NCBI GenBank assembly: GCA_008632985.1
Contig: QPGO01000235.1
Location: 62,001 to 103,048, forward strand
Source: Psammoneis japonica
Taxonomy: Eukaryota
DNA: 41,048 nucleotides
Direction of reading: 5' to 3'
Shown here: positions 23,347-36,300 of the stretch, piece after piece
Numbering within the stretch: position 1 is the stretch's first letter
How the letters are laid out: each line of letters starts with the position of its first letter
The notes under the pieces: model-generated
What the model was told of the DNA's origin: nothing
What the model saw: the letters and a program-made list of their open reading frames with translations, nothing else
Databases searched by the model: none
Position numbers and translations under genes: made by a program

Positions 23347-26300
23347 TCACCTGCTCTTGTGAAACAGCTCTCCCCATGCATTTCTGCGGTCTTGAACTGC
23401 CCAAACATGCTTTGTCCTGTCGTGTGTCTCCGCAATGCCAGGTTGCTCCTCACACACTGACAATTTGTCGCCAACAGCATCAATGGGCACCAAGCAAAGC
23501 TTTGGTGAGTGCACTGTTTGTTCAGCAGTGGACAAATCATTGTTTTTCACTTGGTCCAATTGCCAGTGACTGACCAGGTTGGTGTGTTGCATTCGTTCCA
23601 CCATGGCACGCTTGTCAGGCTGGTGCGTGCAAGGGTGAACGACCGCGCGCAACTCACCATCGCTTTCCTTTGGAAGAAACAGTGAAGTCTTGATGGGAAG
23701 AACAAATCCTCCCTTGTTGCACCAAAATTGACATTCACCCAGTCATGAACGGGTCCTTCACTGTTGCAGTCTGGGTGTGTGCGGCAAGTGTCATTCCCGT
23801 TCTTGTTGCGGAATTCTGTTTTGCAAACAAGGTCACCGGAGAAATTGCCTCCTGCTCCAACACAATCCCTCCACTTCTTCTGAAAGAAATGGAGCAGGAC
23901 CGGCGCACCTGACAATGTTTTTGCTTTCTGTGCCAGAGAAAGCTCACTGCCTTGTTTGCCACACTGCAGGTGATGGAAAAGGTGCCACCACCCAGTGTGT
24001 GACTGTCAGCACCACGTGTCATGTCCTTTCGTCCCAGCTCCAATGTGATCCATGGGTTCGCCGACAACGCACGGTGCACCATCATTTGGTCTTGCATTCA
24101 TGACGCAACCTGTCCCAGGAAGATGTCGAAGCTGCACTGTTGTGCCGTGGCCAACGGCAATTTGAAAAAATCCTTCAGCAAAGATTCACCAAGACTGGCG
24201 TCAAAGTTCATGGCATGATGGAAATGACATGGAAAGATTGGAAGGTGAAGAAGCTCGTGAAGCTTTTGCAGCTTCCACCCAGCCCCTTTGTGCCAAGGGG
24301 AGCAACACACGATGTGAGACACCAGCAACCAAATTTTCTTTGTGACTTTGTTCAGTTCAGTTGTGTTGGTTGGTGGGTCACCGAGTCGACACCAAGCATG
24401 GAAGGCAAGCAGGTCTTCCAGCACCTGGACGCATTGCCTGACACTGCAGCCAAGGGGCTGTCTCTTTTTTTTTTGTTTTCCGTTGATTGTGGCTGACACC
24501 TTCATCCTCGGACTCATGCGGTCGGTGTTCCACAGAATTGTCAGGATCCATTTCGTGCGGATCATCTGTTCTGTTGTTGGGATGATGCTCATTGCCGGTG
24601 TCGCACTCTTCCGGTCTGTGACAGCAATTGATTTGGAATCTAGGAATCCTGTGCCCAGACGGCAATGGAGGATCGTCTTTGTCTTCCTGGAGAAAACAAG
24701 ATTCGCAGGCATCTCTGCCTTCCTTTGTCAGCAGCAACAGATGAAAAACAAAGGCCATGCCCGCCCAATGATGTGAGTTGAGGCAGGTGAGTGATGTGGC
24801 CCCGCCCTTGAAATGGGTTTGTAAGAAAGATTTGCAAGTGGATTGGTGATTGCCAAACATTTTTTCCACTGGTCTGTCAACCTTGCTTCTCACTGAGTTT
24901 GTCATGCTGTTGACAAACACACCAACCTCCCTTTTTAAAGTTCTGTTTTCAAACAGGTGCATCATGTTGCTTGCCGTGGAAAGGGTTGCTCCAAAGGGCT
25001 GTTCTCCAAAATCTGCATCAAGCAAGCAGTTGGTGGGCACATTGTGCTGCTTCATGCAATGAAGGTGCTGTGGCCAGTGGTTTCTTTCTAGCTTGTTGAG
25101 ACTGGGATCATTTGCGTGGTTCTGGACTGATAAAATGTCACCAGCCCTGACGAGTTCAAACTCCTTCCAAGGGTCGTCAAGCTCATTGCATCTGGTCATG
25201 CAAAACCTGAAACAACGTTGGTGACAGTTGTTGGTGCCACACCTGCCCACAAGGCAGTCACCACTCTTCGTGTCTCCATTGATTAGGATCATTGTTGGAA
25301 CAACACGAAGGAAGCGGATCTCGTCACCGCTTTGAACTTTGAACACAGCAGCAAAAGCCACCATTTTCCACCATGTCCAGCAGAGGCTGGAGCATTGTTG
25401 CCAACACCTTGTGACAATCATGGATGCTTTGGCCCTTCTCAGACTTTCAAGTGTTAGATTGCTGTTTTGCAGCAGAGGAGGACATTTTCTCAAGGTCAGG
25501 AATGCAGCCAAGGATGCACCACTCAGATCTGTCATGCCATTGGTTGTGGGTGACATGAGCCAACGCAGCTGTGACGGGTTCTCCGCAGGAAGATGACATG
25601 GAGGCTGTTTTCCCAGTCTTGTCAATGTAAGTTGTCAAACACTCAAGGAACTGTTTAAGAGGATCCAAGACCCTGGCTGTGTGTGTCCTTCTGCACCACT
25701 CTCCGGCCAAAACACACTTGTCATGCTTTCCCTTTGAGACATGCATTCCGCATGGATGGGCGGGGTTGGCAAGATTGTTTGGGCTGGCCCATGTGCAAGC
25801 ATCCAGCATGAACGACTCCCACACATCTTTGAAATTCCATCGCGGAACTTGTGCTGTTGTCTCACCGCGTTCCCCATTGATGCTGTCAAGGTCGACTGGA
25901 ATCATCTTGCACTCCAGACCAGGAAACGATTTGTGAAGGTTCTCCACTGGTCTGCTCTGGCGAGGGATTTGCATGCCAAGATGGAAGGCACTGCCACAGT
26001 GTCTTTCGATGAACTTGGCAATCTTGTTGCACAGGTGAAGCGGTGCTCTGCAGTCATCTAAGAGCTTGCACAGCTCTGCACAAGCACCGTTGAGGTTGCT
26101 GAGAGAAGGCATGTGGGCAAACGCGTCTTTGGCTGGGCTCCGGTGCACCTCACCCAATTGACTGTCTTCACTCCGCGATTCTTTGTCTGAGATGTTTGAT
26201 TTGTCTGTCCATTGTGACATCCGGCAACACATCAAATGAGTTGTCCAGTGACTCGCTTGCTTCGGAAGACAAGTCCAACGGCATGTGATGAATTTCCTTG

Positions 26301-26776
26301 TGATGGCACTGCAACCCAAGAGCAGAGATGTCATCATCAAACGGTGGTGACCATGGTGCATTGGTTCTGTCATGTTTGATGGCGGCGGGCCCAAGCCTGA
26401 TGTTCGCAACAGACACACCACGTCTGGACCGTCTCAGCCGTGGCAGTGACGAGTTGTCTGATGAGGAAGAAATGTCGAGATCAGCCGACCCACTTCTGCG
26501 AGAGAATTCGTTGCTGACATGGGAAGTTTTAGCCGCAATGCCAACAGACAATGCCGGCAATGGGCAGGTTGTGACTGCCTCACAATGTGACTTGTTTGAC
26601 CTCTCTCGAGCAAATGAAAAACATGGTGGGTTGTGATGGACATGGGTGAGCATCCTTTTGAAGGATCGTTTGCAACGCGGACATGCGACCGCACCATCCT
26701 CACCCTGCCAACCAGTGTTTCCTTCCATTTGTTGTTTCAGCAGGTTTGTGGGCTCCGCTGACACATGTGTGTTCAA
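23347..26776 (-). pseudogene. Plavaka-family DDE transposase with N-terminal zinc finger, frameshifted
   Basis: CPRCKRSFKRMLTHVHHNPPC; LTTYIDKT; LINGDTKSGD...C..C; ASNMMHLFE; GWKLQKLHELLH...NFDASLGES; CRTHPDC...GPVHDW (YRxHPxY...GPxYDW type). Confidence 0.85.
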
Positions 26777-27098
26777 ATGGCCTCACCGGTTCAGTTCGTG
26801 AAAAGTGACATGGTTGTGGCGGCAAGCAAGGAAAACACGACATGAATTGGTGCAAAAACATTGGTGCACTGCGTTGTTCCCATCAATGAAAACATCAACA
26901 GGTGAGAATGAATCGAGTGCATTGGGATCAATGATTGCTTTGAACACGAATGACTGGCTGCAAAGGTTGTCATTCTATGGAAAGGAGAAAATAAGTTGTG
27001 ATGTGACAGTGGCAAGCAATGTGGGCACACCTCACCGGGATGCCAGATGGCAAGAACACACCTCACCATGATGCGTCAGGGCAAGAAGTCTGGCAGGG

Positions 27099-28279
27099 GT
27101 GCACCCACACCTGCCACAGCAGAAGACCCAAACATTGCAATCAACAATGAATGCTGTTGCACAAAATGACCGTTTGACGGTGCATTGGCCAAACGACTGC
27201 TGGCAGAAATTTGATTCTTTGACAAACATGACCAAACTTGGAAGGAAACAAATTATGGAAGCGGAGCATGAGGCAGCTTTTGACAAATTGGAGTGTTTGA
27301 TAAAATCAACAGACTCAGGCAGGATGATGCATTGTGATGACACGGGTAGAAGTTGGTTCGAGTTTGAGAGCAGCGACCGTGCGGCAGACCCTTGCCTGCG
27401 CCGTGACTCCATGGACCTGTTTCACATGTTGAATGATGACGACATCCAAGAAAAGTGGGAGGAACTGTGGAAGAAGAGGTGCAACCACATGGTTCTTTGG
27501 GTGTGGGACCATGTGAGGGATTGGAGCGGTGAAGAAATTGAGTGCATGCATGCCAGCACATGCATGTTCTCAATTCATGATAACCTGCCCTGGGTGAACA
27601 GCGTCGTCAACCGTGGGACAAATGCTCACACCAGTGCAAGGAGCATTGGGACTGTGTTGCGACTCACCAAGACAGGCAAGGAAGGATGTGCTGTGTCAAC
27701 AGCACTGGCCACAACAAAGGAGAGAAAGAGCTGATGGATGAATTTGCAGCGGGTGCGTGTGATGATGCAAAACCAGTCATTGACAGGGGAGACATTTTGA
27801 GATTGAGACAGAAGTCAAGCATCAGCTTGCTGACTTGTGGAATGGACAAGACAGGCACTTGCAGACTGTTGGGAGAAACATCAGTGAGGGGAGGCAATCA
27901 GGGACTGGTGATGGACAAGAAGGGCATTGTTTGCGATGCATTGAAACTGGCGAAGTGGTTCCAGCATGACATCCTGCGAGACTGCCATGAAAGACTTTGG
28001 TTCTGTGAGGAAATGGAGTTCTTCCTGTTGTCTCCAAGGAGAGTCAATGAATGGATGCTGGACATTGTCACAAAGGAGGATGGTGAGTGGGAGAACTTTC
28101 ACAGCAGGAGAGAGGAAATGCATTGGGTGGAGAGACGTCGTTGCGTTGAAGTTAATGAATTCGTGAGAATGGTCGGAGCAGAGATGAGGGCTTTCACCCG
28201 CATGACTGATCATTCCAACGTCGGGCGACACAGCAGGTTCAGAGTTACAAGGCTGCAGGGAGATGACAAATTGGACTAG
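27099..28279 (+). pseudogene. Transposon accessory gene of unknown function (one frameshift)
   Basis: Overlapping ORFs 27099-27734 and 27686-28279 with globular-protein-like composition, divergent from the transposase and inside the TIRs. Confidence 0.55.
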
Positions 28280-28699
28280 AAAAAATGATTTGGCGCCAAA
28301 AACAATGGATGTGCTTGGGCCCCAACAGCAAACCGGAGTGTCATTGAAGCAGGTGAGGGGTTTGTTCATTGTGTTTTATGGGTGCACGTTTTCACAATGA
28401 TGTTTTAAGTGAAATGCTTGTGCATGCTGTTTGCACTGTGGAAGTGGATTTTGACATTGCAGCAAAAGAGAGGTTTGAACTGGAATTTGCAGGGATTCAA
28501 AATTTTCAAAAGACAATGAGGAGTGGCAAAATAAATGAATTGTGCACACATTGAAAGATTTGGCTAATTCTCCATTGTGTTGCATTTGAGAAAAGAGAAT
28601 CATTGGTGGAAAGCACAAGAGTTTTAGCGTTAAAGAGAGGTTTGAAAATTTCCCAATGGTGAAATTAGCTGGGGACACAAGGCATGGAGCCACCCACAA

Positions 28700-29942
28700 T
28701 TGGCAACAGCGGCACAGGCAATGGCAAGGAAGAAGAGTGAAGAAAGTGCGGGGGTGGCTGGAGATCAACCAACCAGCCCAAGGCTGACCACGGTGTTGGT
28801 GCGGGTGGGAGCCACTGGGGATCACCAGTCTGTGAAGAGAGAGGTAGAAGAGATGGTGAGGAAGGAACTGTTCCCGAAGACAAAGTTCCTTGTCAAGGCA
28901 GACATGGCAAGCAGTGGCAAAGTGTCACAGCTCATCAGGAAAAGACAGCCGGTGGCAACCACAGCAAGCAAGATTGGGCAGGAGCGTGGGAGGACTGGGC
29001 AAAGAAGTGCGTCATGCATGCAATCAATGCAAAAAGGAGCACGGTCACTCAGGCGATCAAGAACAATGCAATGGCTGGCAAGTGTTTTGTGGTGCACGGC
29101 ATGTTGAGTGCAGTTGTGCTTGACGCTGCTGCACCTTAATTTGCTGAAGTCGTGTTGACAGAGAACAAAGCCGAGGAGATGCACAGTCAGAAGAAACTGG
29201 CAGCAAGAGGTGGAGGAGGGAAGAAGAGCAAGAAGAGGAAGAAGAATGATCAGACAGAAGATGAAGAGCCGTTCCTGGTGACTTGGGAGGAGGAGACAGT
29301 GACGACGATTGTGGAGGACAAGCGCAAGAACAAGGAAGCACATGCTTGGTTCTACAAAAACATCCTGAAATTCATGAAGAGTGCCACAACATGGAGAAGG
29401 AAGGCAGAGTTGGGTGAGACAAAGGCAACTGGTCTGGCTGCAGTGAGCAACAAGGCTCTGGGGCTGTTGACATTGGAAAACTGCTGGAAGAGTTGGGAGC
29501 ACAAGGCACGTCATGTGACAAGACTGTTGGAGCGGGGAGGGGCTCAGACGAAGAGGATGAGGAAGAGTCGGAACCAACACCCAAGTGCACAGACCCGTTG
29601 AGGCAATGCAACTCATGGAAGGATGCAGGGATGTTGCGATTCAACAAACTGCTTGCGGAAGTAAAGAAAGACAGGTTGAGTGAGGAGGGCATGCAGTTCA
29701 ACACATGGCACAGCAAAGGCAAGAAAAGGAAGAGTGAAGAAAGAGGCAAGGGATCAAAAAGACCGGTGGAGAAGGAGGCAAGAACACAGGCAACAACAGA
29801 GCTTTCAAGTGACAACAAGGAGAAGGATGAAGAGGTGACAGACAAGAACAGAGGAGACGAGGACAGCAAGGAGGAGGATGAAGACAGTGATGCGGGAAGC
29901 GAAACGAGTGCAGATGCAGGCAATGAGCAAGCTGCGGCATGA
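28700..29942 (+). pseudogene. Transposon accessory gene with predicted intron 29078-29161 and acidic tail
   Basis: VRKELFPKTKF...AINAKRSTVTQAIK; VSNKALGLLTLENCWKSW; KCT...SWKDAGMLRFNKLLAEVKKDR. Splicing GCAAGT...CTTAAT...ACAG joins the frames. Confidence 0.65.
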
Positions 29943-30377
29943 AAAGGCAGCGGAGGCTTTTGTTAGTGTGAGAATGGAAAGCAGACAAGCAATGTAGCAG
30001 GTTTCAATCTAAACAGTTGTGAGGTTTAACAAAGTGTTTTGTTGATCATTGTTGCATGACCCAACCTTTCATTTGACAACCAGTGTTTGCAACAGAAGGT
30101 TCTTTAAACCCGCAAAATGGAATGATCAGCATCAATTTGTTAATGAACCAAACGTCTTCACATTAAAAAGGTAAAAAGGGACGGCATTCTGACAGTTGAG
30201 GGTTGGATCCAATGAGGAGGGTTCCCATGGTGAAAAATGGCGTGCTGTGATGCACAATAAAAAATCACGGTCTGCCCAACTCTCTCAAAATGAAACCATT
30301 GCATTTGTGCCCACAATGGCATTAAAAATCACCTGTGAGAAGGGTGGTCAGGATCACTGTAATTCGCACTCTGATGA

Positions 30378-30389
30378 GGTTAGGAGCCC
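30378..30389 (+). promoter_or_regulatory. Primer-binding site of Copia 2 (GGTTAGGAGCCC), displaced from its LTR by the Plavaka insertion
   Basis: One mismatch from the GGTTATGAGCCC-type PBS; abuts the LTR terminal CA once 17760-30378 is removed. Confidence 0.75.
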
Positions 30390-30490
30390 AAGCATCACGC
30401 TTGACAACTCCTGCGCTCATCTCTTTCTCTCCGGTGGACAAGAATTGAGCTCCGTACATTCCCACGTGCAATTCTACGTGAGTGTTGCAC

Positions 30491-30850
30491 ATGTCCGAAA
30501 GGAACTCTGTGACACTTGATGACCTTGTTGAACAACTGCAAGCCCTGCAACTCCAGGAAGCAGAGCTTGTTCATCGCATTGCCGCAGAATGAGAACGGCA
30601 GAATCGTCTTGTGACCTCAATGTGAGCCGGAACTGCTCGCAAATCAACCACACAAGAACCAACCGTCGCAGATTTTTGTGTTGGCAACTGCTTTGGTGTG
30701 ACGAATGAAATCCGTAACTTTCGACACTCCGTCAATGTCTGAGACCATCAAGCAACTGTCACTCTCATCACAGAACAACGAGTGTTTGTCTGCACAGATG
30801 ACGGCAATTCAATGAACCGTCATCCAAAGAACCTGCGCTTTCTTGCGTGA
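30491..30850 (+). pseudogene. Small extra ORF upstream of gag (119 aa: coiled coil plus KOW/SH3-like beta-barrel), three internal TGA
   Basis: Manual translation MSERNSVTLDDLVEQLQALQLQEAELVHRIAAE*...DFCVGNCFGVTNEI...ATVTLITEQRVFVCTDDGNSMNRHPKNLRFLA*; all internal stops are TGA (CGA-derivable). Confidence 0.6.
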
Positions 30851-30906
30851 TTTGCATGCAAAGCACAGCAGCGAGCATTCCGCTCCCACCTTCTCAGCCA
30901 GCCAGC

Positions 30907-32346
30907 ATGTCCAAAGTTGAAATCAACGGACGGAAGGTGAAAGTCTGCGCGAAGCCAAAAGCATCTCAAGAAACTCTTGCTGCTCTCTACACTGAGGAGC
31001 AGAGGAACCGGTTAGATCCTGACAAGCTCAACGACCTTTTTCTGAAGGCTGCTTTGAAGCAGCAGACAAAATTTGACCTCCTCAACATCAACATCAATGA
31101 TCCCGACAAGCTCAAGGACACTTGTGACCTCGTGATGTCCATCTCAACCATGCGTTTGAACCATGTCAAGCATGACATGGATGACGTTTTCACTGTCATC
31201 GACCCGGACAAACTCACGACTCAAGACCTTCACAAGGAGCACTCCACGATCACCACAGCCGAGGTTGCCTCAAGCAACAAATGGCATTCTACCATGCTTG
31301 AGGACCCTGATGGGACTTGGGCGAGCCAAAACCTTCGTCTTGCTCATGACTGCTTTGAGCGGAACTCCTCCGCAGCACTGCAGAAGAAAGTCAACGAGAT
31401 GCACCTCAAGCATGCACAGGAGGAGCAGGGTGGACCTCTCTTCTTCATTCTCATGATGAAACTCCTCCAGAGCAATTCTGAAGAGGCTGCTCATCATTTG
31501 GTTTCTAACATGACCAACCTCAAGATCACCAACTTCGATGGAGAAGATGCAAGTGAAGTCGTCTCTCTCATTCGCGGTGGCTGTTCTTGCCTTGCTAATC
31601 TCCAGGATCAGAAAGGTCAGTCCGTCATGCCTGCTGATTTTTTGGATGACCTCACCAAAGTCTTTCAAACGTCGAGTGTCCCAGAGTTTAACTCGCTCTT
31701 CGAACACCTTGCCAAGGACTCCAAGACCTCCAAACTCAAGCAATCGGGCTCGGCGACCGCCACTGCAACTGCTGCGGTGGATGACATCTCATCCTTTGCC
31801 AAAGGCGAGTGTCTCGTTCTTGTCTCCTCTGACAAGTGGTCCAGTGTGACTGCTGAGAAACAAGCAACCTTGTTTGTTGCGGGAGTTGTCACTTGCTTTA
31901 ACTGTGGCGGCCCTCATTCTTTGTGCAACTGCAAGAAACCAGTCAACGAAGCTCGTGTTTGTGCTGACAAGAAGCTGTTCTTTGATGCAAAACGGGCTCA
32001 GCACAAGAACAACTCTTCTGGACCTTCTCCTTCCGGTCCCTCAACCAAAACCATTCCCAAGAAATGGCAGCCACCAACTGAAGCCAAAAAGAACAATGAC
32101 AGTCGCCGCAACATTGATGGCAAGGATCATTGCCACCATTGCAAAACCAAGTGCTGGCGCCTGGTGTCTAAGATGGGGAACGTTGCTTTGGCTCCCGCAG
32201 CCGCACCTTCCCCCGCTCCGGCCGCTGTGCCCTTGCCTGCCCCGGCCCCGGCTTCTGCTCCTGTTGCAGATCGCGACCTTGCCATTGCCAACGCCAAGAA
32301 GGAGATGGTCGAAACCATGTCCGGCCTCTTCACCTCCTTCACCTGA
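30907..32346 (+). pseudogene. gag: Copia 2 gag (frame open but heavily substituted)
   Basis: QGGPLFF, LKITNFDGED, FQTSSVPEFN, zinc knuckle CFNCGGPHSLCNC. Confidence 0.85.
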
Positions 32347-33311
32347 AGTTTTGGGCGTGCCTCTTCTCCTGAGTGTGTGGCCCTCTCTTCTCTCTTCTTC
32401 AGCCAACCGTCTGATCCTGGAAGGGATGTCCAGGCTCATTTGTTGGTTGGCCACTTCACTCTCCTGTGGTTCACTCTCCAGATTCTTGGAGAGGGAGGGA
32501 TTGAAGTGGTGTCATCTGTTTTGCAGTCACTGTTTGTTTTAGCAGGTGGATGTTTCTTCTGCTTGCTTCCATTTTCCAAGAATCCTTTGCTTTCACACAA
32601 CAAGCTGCCCGACTTTGTTGTTGTTCCTTCTCCTGAGCCGACCTCCATTTGTCGTCCTCCTGTTCAAACTCAGATTACACATCATGCTCAAGTGCGCCGC
32701 TTGGCTCGGCGTCCAGTTTGAATCCCATGCAGAGACCCCTTGTGGTCCTTCCTTCATCCAACAACTTGGTGTGAACAATGCCGACGCCTGTTCCGGACAA
32801 TGCAACGATTGTCGATCCGGATTGCTCCTGTCAAAAATGCAAGTCATGGAAACTCTCAAGATCGAGACGTCAAACCAAACCCAGGAAAACAAGACCACCT
32901 AGATTTGCCTGCACAGATCCTCAACAAGAGGCCGCAGAAGCCTGCACTCAAATCAAGCACCATCTGCCACATCTGTTGTCAGAAATGTGTGACCTTCCTC
33001 ATGGTGCGACGTCAACTGATTTTGTTGTGTTGCTTGATCCTCTTGGTGACCACCTGAGGACCAAGCCCCATTGCTCTGCACTGCGAATGGAACCCTCACC
33101 TTTTGCACCACCAGATGACCCTGAAGCGTGCAAACTAGAAGAGTTCTCCCACATCAAACACCGACTGCTGCGCCAAACCTGGATTGTGCATGACAGGCAG
33201 CACGGTTGCTCATTGGACGAATTTGTCCAAGGCATCAATCCGTTGGAACAATTTCATTTGATCAAATCACCCACCTCTTCTGAGACATTGTGAGCTTGTG
33301 GTCAAGCACCG

Positions 33312-36300
33312 ATGCTTTCTTGTGTTGCAACCAATTTGTCTCGAATGACAACCACAACCTTTGCCAGTGGTTTTGGTGGAGTCACCATGTTTTCCCACCA
33401 GACCATGACTGGACCATCCTGTGTTGATGCATCCATGCCGGATCCACCATGGCCAACTGAAGATCCAATGCAGCATGTCAAGTCCTTCTCCAATTTAAGG
33501 GATCTTGAAGGCCAACAATGTCAAGCATTGACACCATGCTTGCCTGTCAACGCACCCATTGTTCTCGACACTGGAGCATCCTCGTTGCTCACACCTCACT
33601 TGAGTGACTTCACAGGACCACTGGAACCTGTTGGCACTACGACCATCAACGGATTATCCTCCAGCACCCAAGCAGTTGGTCAAGGTTCAAGGTTTCGTGG
33701 AATGGGACGTTGTCGACTGTTGGAACGTCATCCGGACCATCCGATTGCAAGCCCACTGTGTTCCCGATGCTTCCATTTGACTCTTCAGCCCTCAAGCCTG
33801 TTTTCAAGAGAATGGAAACCAAGGAGAATGTTTGGTGCATGGAAACAAAGCAACCCTCACTCTTCTGAAAGGCAGTGCGCTTGAGTTCCCGCACAACAAG
33901 GAAAACAACTTGCCTTTTGTGATGATGTCCGAGCCAATCTCAGCTGGAGTCACCCAGTGCAATTTGGCTCCCGTCAGCACCAAAGCATGCATCACTTCAT
34001 TTCTTTCAGTCACCTTGCACAGACCAACCAGAATCTAACACCCGGCCAGAAGGAGCTTCTTTTGATCCATCAGAAACTTGGTCATGCCAGCTTCCAGCAC
34101 ATCCAACACTTGTGCGCTGTTCCACGGGATCCTGCCAAATCCCACATCATCAAGCCTGCTTCTCAAGCCGTCTCCAGTTGTGCCGCACCTTCATGTGCTG
34201 CCTGTCAACTCACAAAGCAGAAACGACGAACTCCTGACCGTCGTGGCACATCCAATCCTCCGCCGTTGACTTTGCAAGAGGGAGCCTTGGCACCTGGTCA
34301 ACGCGTCTCCGTTGATCAAAACATCAGCCGTGTCCCTGGCCATCTTCCGACGACTGAGGGACGTGAACCCAAGAAAGACAAGCATTGTGGGGGCACGATT
34401 TTTGTTGATCATGCTTCCACCTGTGTCCATCTGACCCATCAAGTTGGTCTCACTGCAGGTGAAACCATTCATGCCAAGCGGTCCTTCGAGCAGCTCAGTG
34501 ACCAATTTGGGGTCCGCATCAAGTCCCACCTTGCTGACAACATCCCATTCAGCACCAAGGCTTTCATGGATGACCCAGAAGAAAACAACCAAACTGTTGA
34601 TTTTTCTGGTGTTGGAGCTCATCATCAAAACAGCACAGCCGAGCGCTCCATCCAAACTGTCACCTCATGGGCACAAGCTGTGCTCCTGCATGCCATTCTA
34701 ATGTGGCCTGATGCTGCCAATCTGGAGTCATGGCCTTTTGCCATGACCCATGCGACCTGCCTGTGGAACCACATCCCAAAGTCTGACACTCGTGCCGCGC
34801 CAGTTGAGATCTTCTCTAAGCAACGATTTGACACTCATGCGCATCTACAGTGCTTACAGGCATGGGGGTGCCCCACATGTGTTCTTGATCCTAAGTTACA
34901 AGACGGCAAGAAACCACCTGAGTGGGACCCCAGGAGTCACCGTGGCCAACATCTGGGCATCTCACCTGATCTTTCCACCAACATCGGCCTCATTTTGAAT
35001 CTGTCAACCAGCTGTGTTAGCCCTCAATGTCACATGGTCTATGACAACCACACTTCGCAACAGTTCCCAACAATGACTCCGGCGGCTTCTTCCAGGATGT
35101 TCCCTTTGCCGCTGACCTTTGGGAATCCCTCCCAACCGCAGACTCGCCAGTGCACAATGCTCCGCCTGAGCCTTCCAATGCTTCTGATGACCCTTGCCAT
35201 TGCTTGCCGGCCTTGCACAATGATTGGCTGACCCCCACTGAGTGCCGTCATTGCGCCACTCATCGACATGACCGCCGTCAACGTCGTCTCAAAAACTCCA
35301 AAACGGCCCCCACCGCCGAGCCTCCTTCAACCTCTTTCATCACAGCTCCAGAGGGTGAGCTTCCTGCTGCAACAAACAAATCATCAGCTGACAATCTAGA
35401 ATCTGCAACTTCAGAGGCTCCAGAGGGAGTCAAGATTGATGAGTTCAGCAATGACAGCGATGACGAATTGTCCCTCGTCAATCATCACGACTTGCCTGAG
35501 GACCCAGACTTAGGCCCTGATGAAGCTGAGCCTCCACAACTGGCTCCAAATGCCACCACAACTCCAACTCGGACTCAAAGTGGTCGCACCATCAAGAAGC
35601 CAGATCTCTTGATTAAAGCAATGCATGCTGACATCCGCACTCCACCCAACAAGTCACCGAATGCTCATAAAAATCCAAAACGTTCCGTCAAGTTGGAAAC
35701 ACTGAACAAACAGTTCTTGATGGCCCTGCGTTGGGATGGCATCACCAACGCACTTTGGTCCAAAGACTTGCGCGCAATGCTCAATCTTTTCAACAAAAAC
35801 ACCAATCAAGTTCATGGCACACTCAAAGAAATGCATCCTCTTGCCCTCGCAGCTGATGCAAATTTGGCTGATGATCCAACTTGGGAAGAAGCAATGAGTG
35901 GCCCTGATCAAGCAGCCTGTCTGAAAGCTTGTGACATTGAAATGAACTCCCTGGTCAAAGGCAAGGATGCCTGGAAAGAAGTGGATCAACAAGATTGGAT
36001 GAATGTCCTGCCGTCCACTTGGGCCTTCAAGTGCAAACGATGCCCCGATGGGTCTATCCGAAAATGCAAAGCCCGATTCTGCATCCGCAGAGACAAGCAA
36101 TTGGAAGGCGTTGACTGTTTTGATGCCTTTGCTCCAGTTGTCAATTGGACAACAGCATGGCTGATGCTCACACTTTCTCAAATTTTGGAGCTCTTGACAA
36201 AACAAGTTGATTGTGTCACCGCTTTTGTTCATGCTCCGATTGACAAGGATCCCAAATGGGGCACCATGACACCCAAAGAGCGGGAACGCTCTGGCATTTT

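Larger units (their letters stand above)
17760..30376 (-). mobile_element. Plavaka-type (CMC/EnSpm-related) DNA transposon, 12,617 bp, with cargo genes
   Basis: Termini CATCAGAG (17760) and CTCTGATG (30376) with imperfect similarity to ~22 bp; 2-bp TSD AG (17758-59, 30377-78). Excision restores LTR-CA + GGTTAGGAGCCC PBS. Internal minus-strand transposase. Confidence 0.85.
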
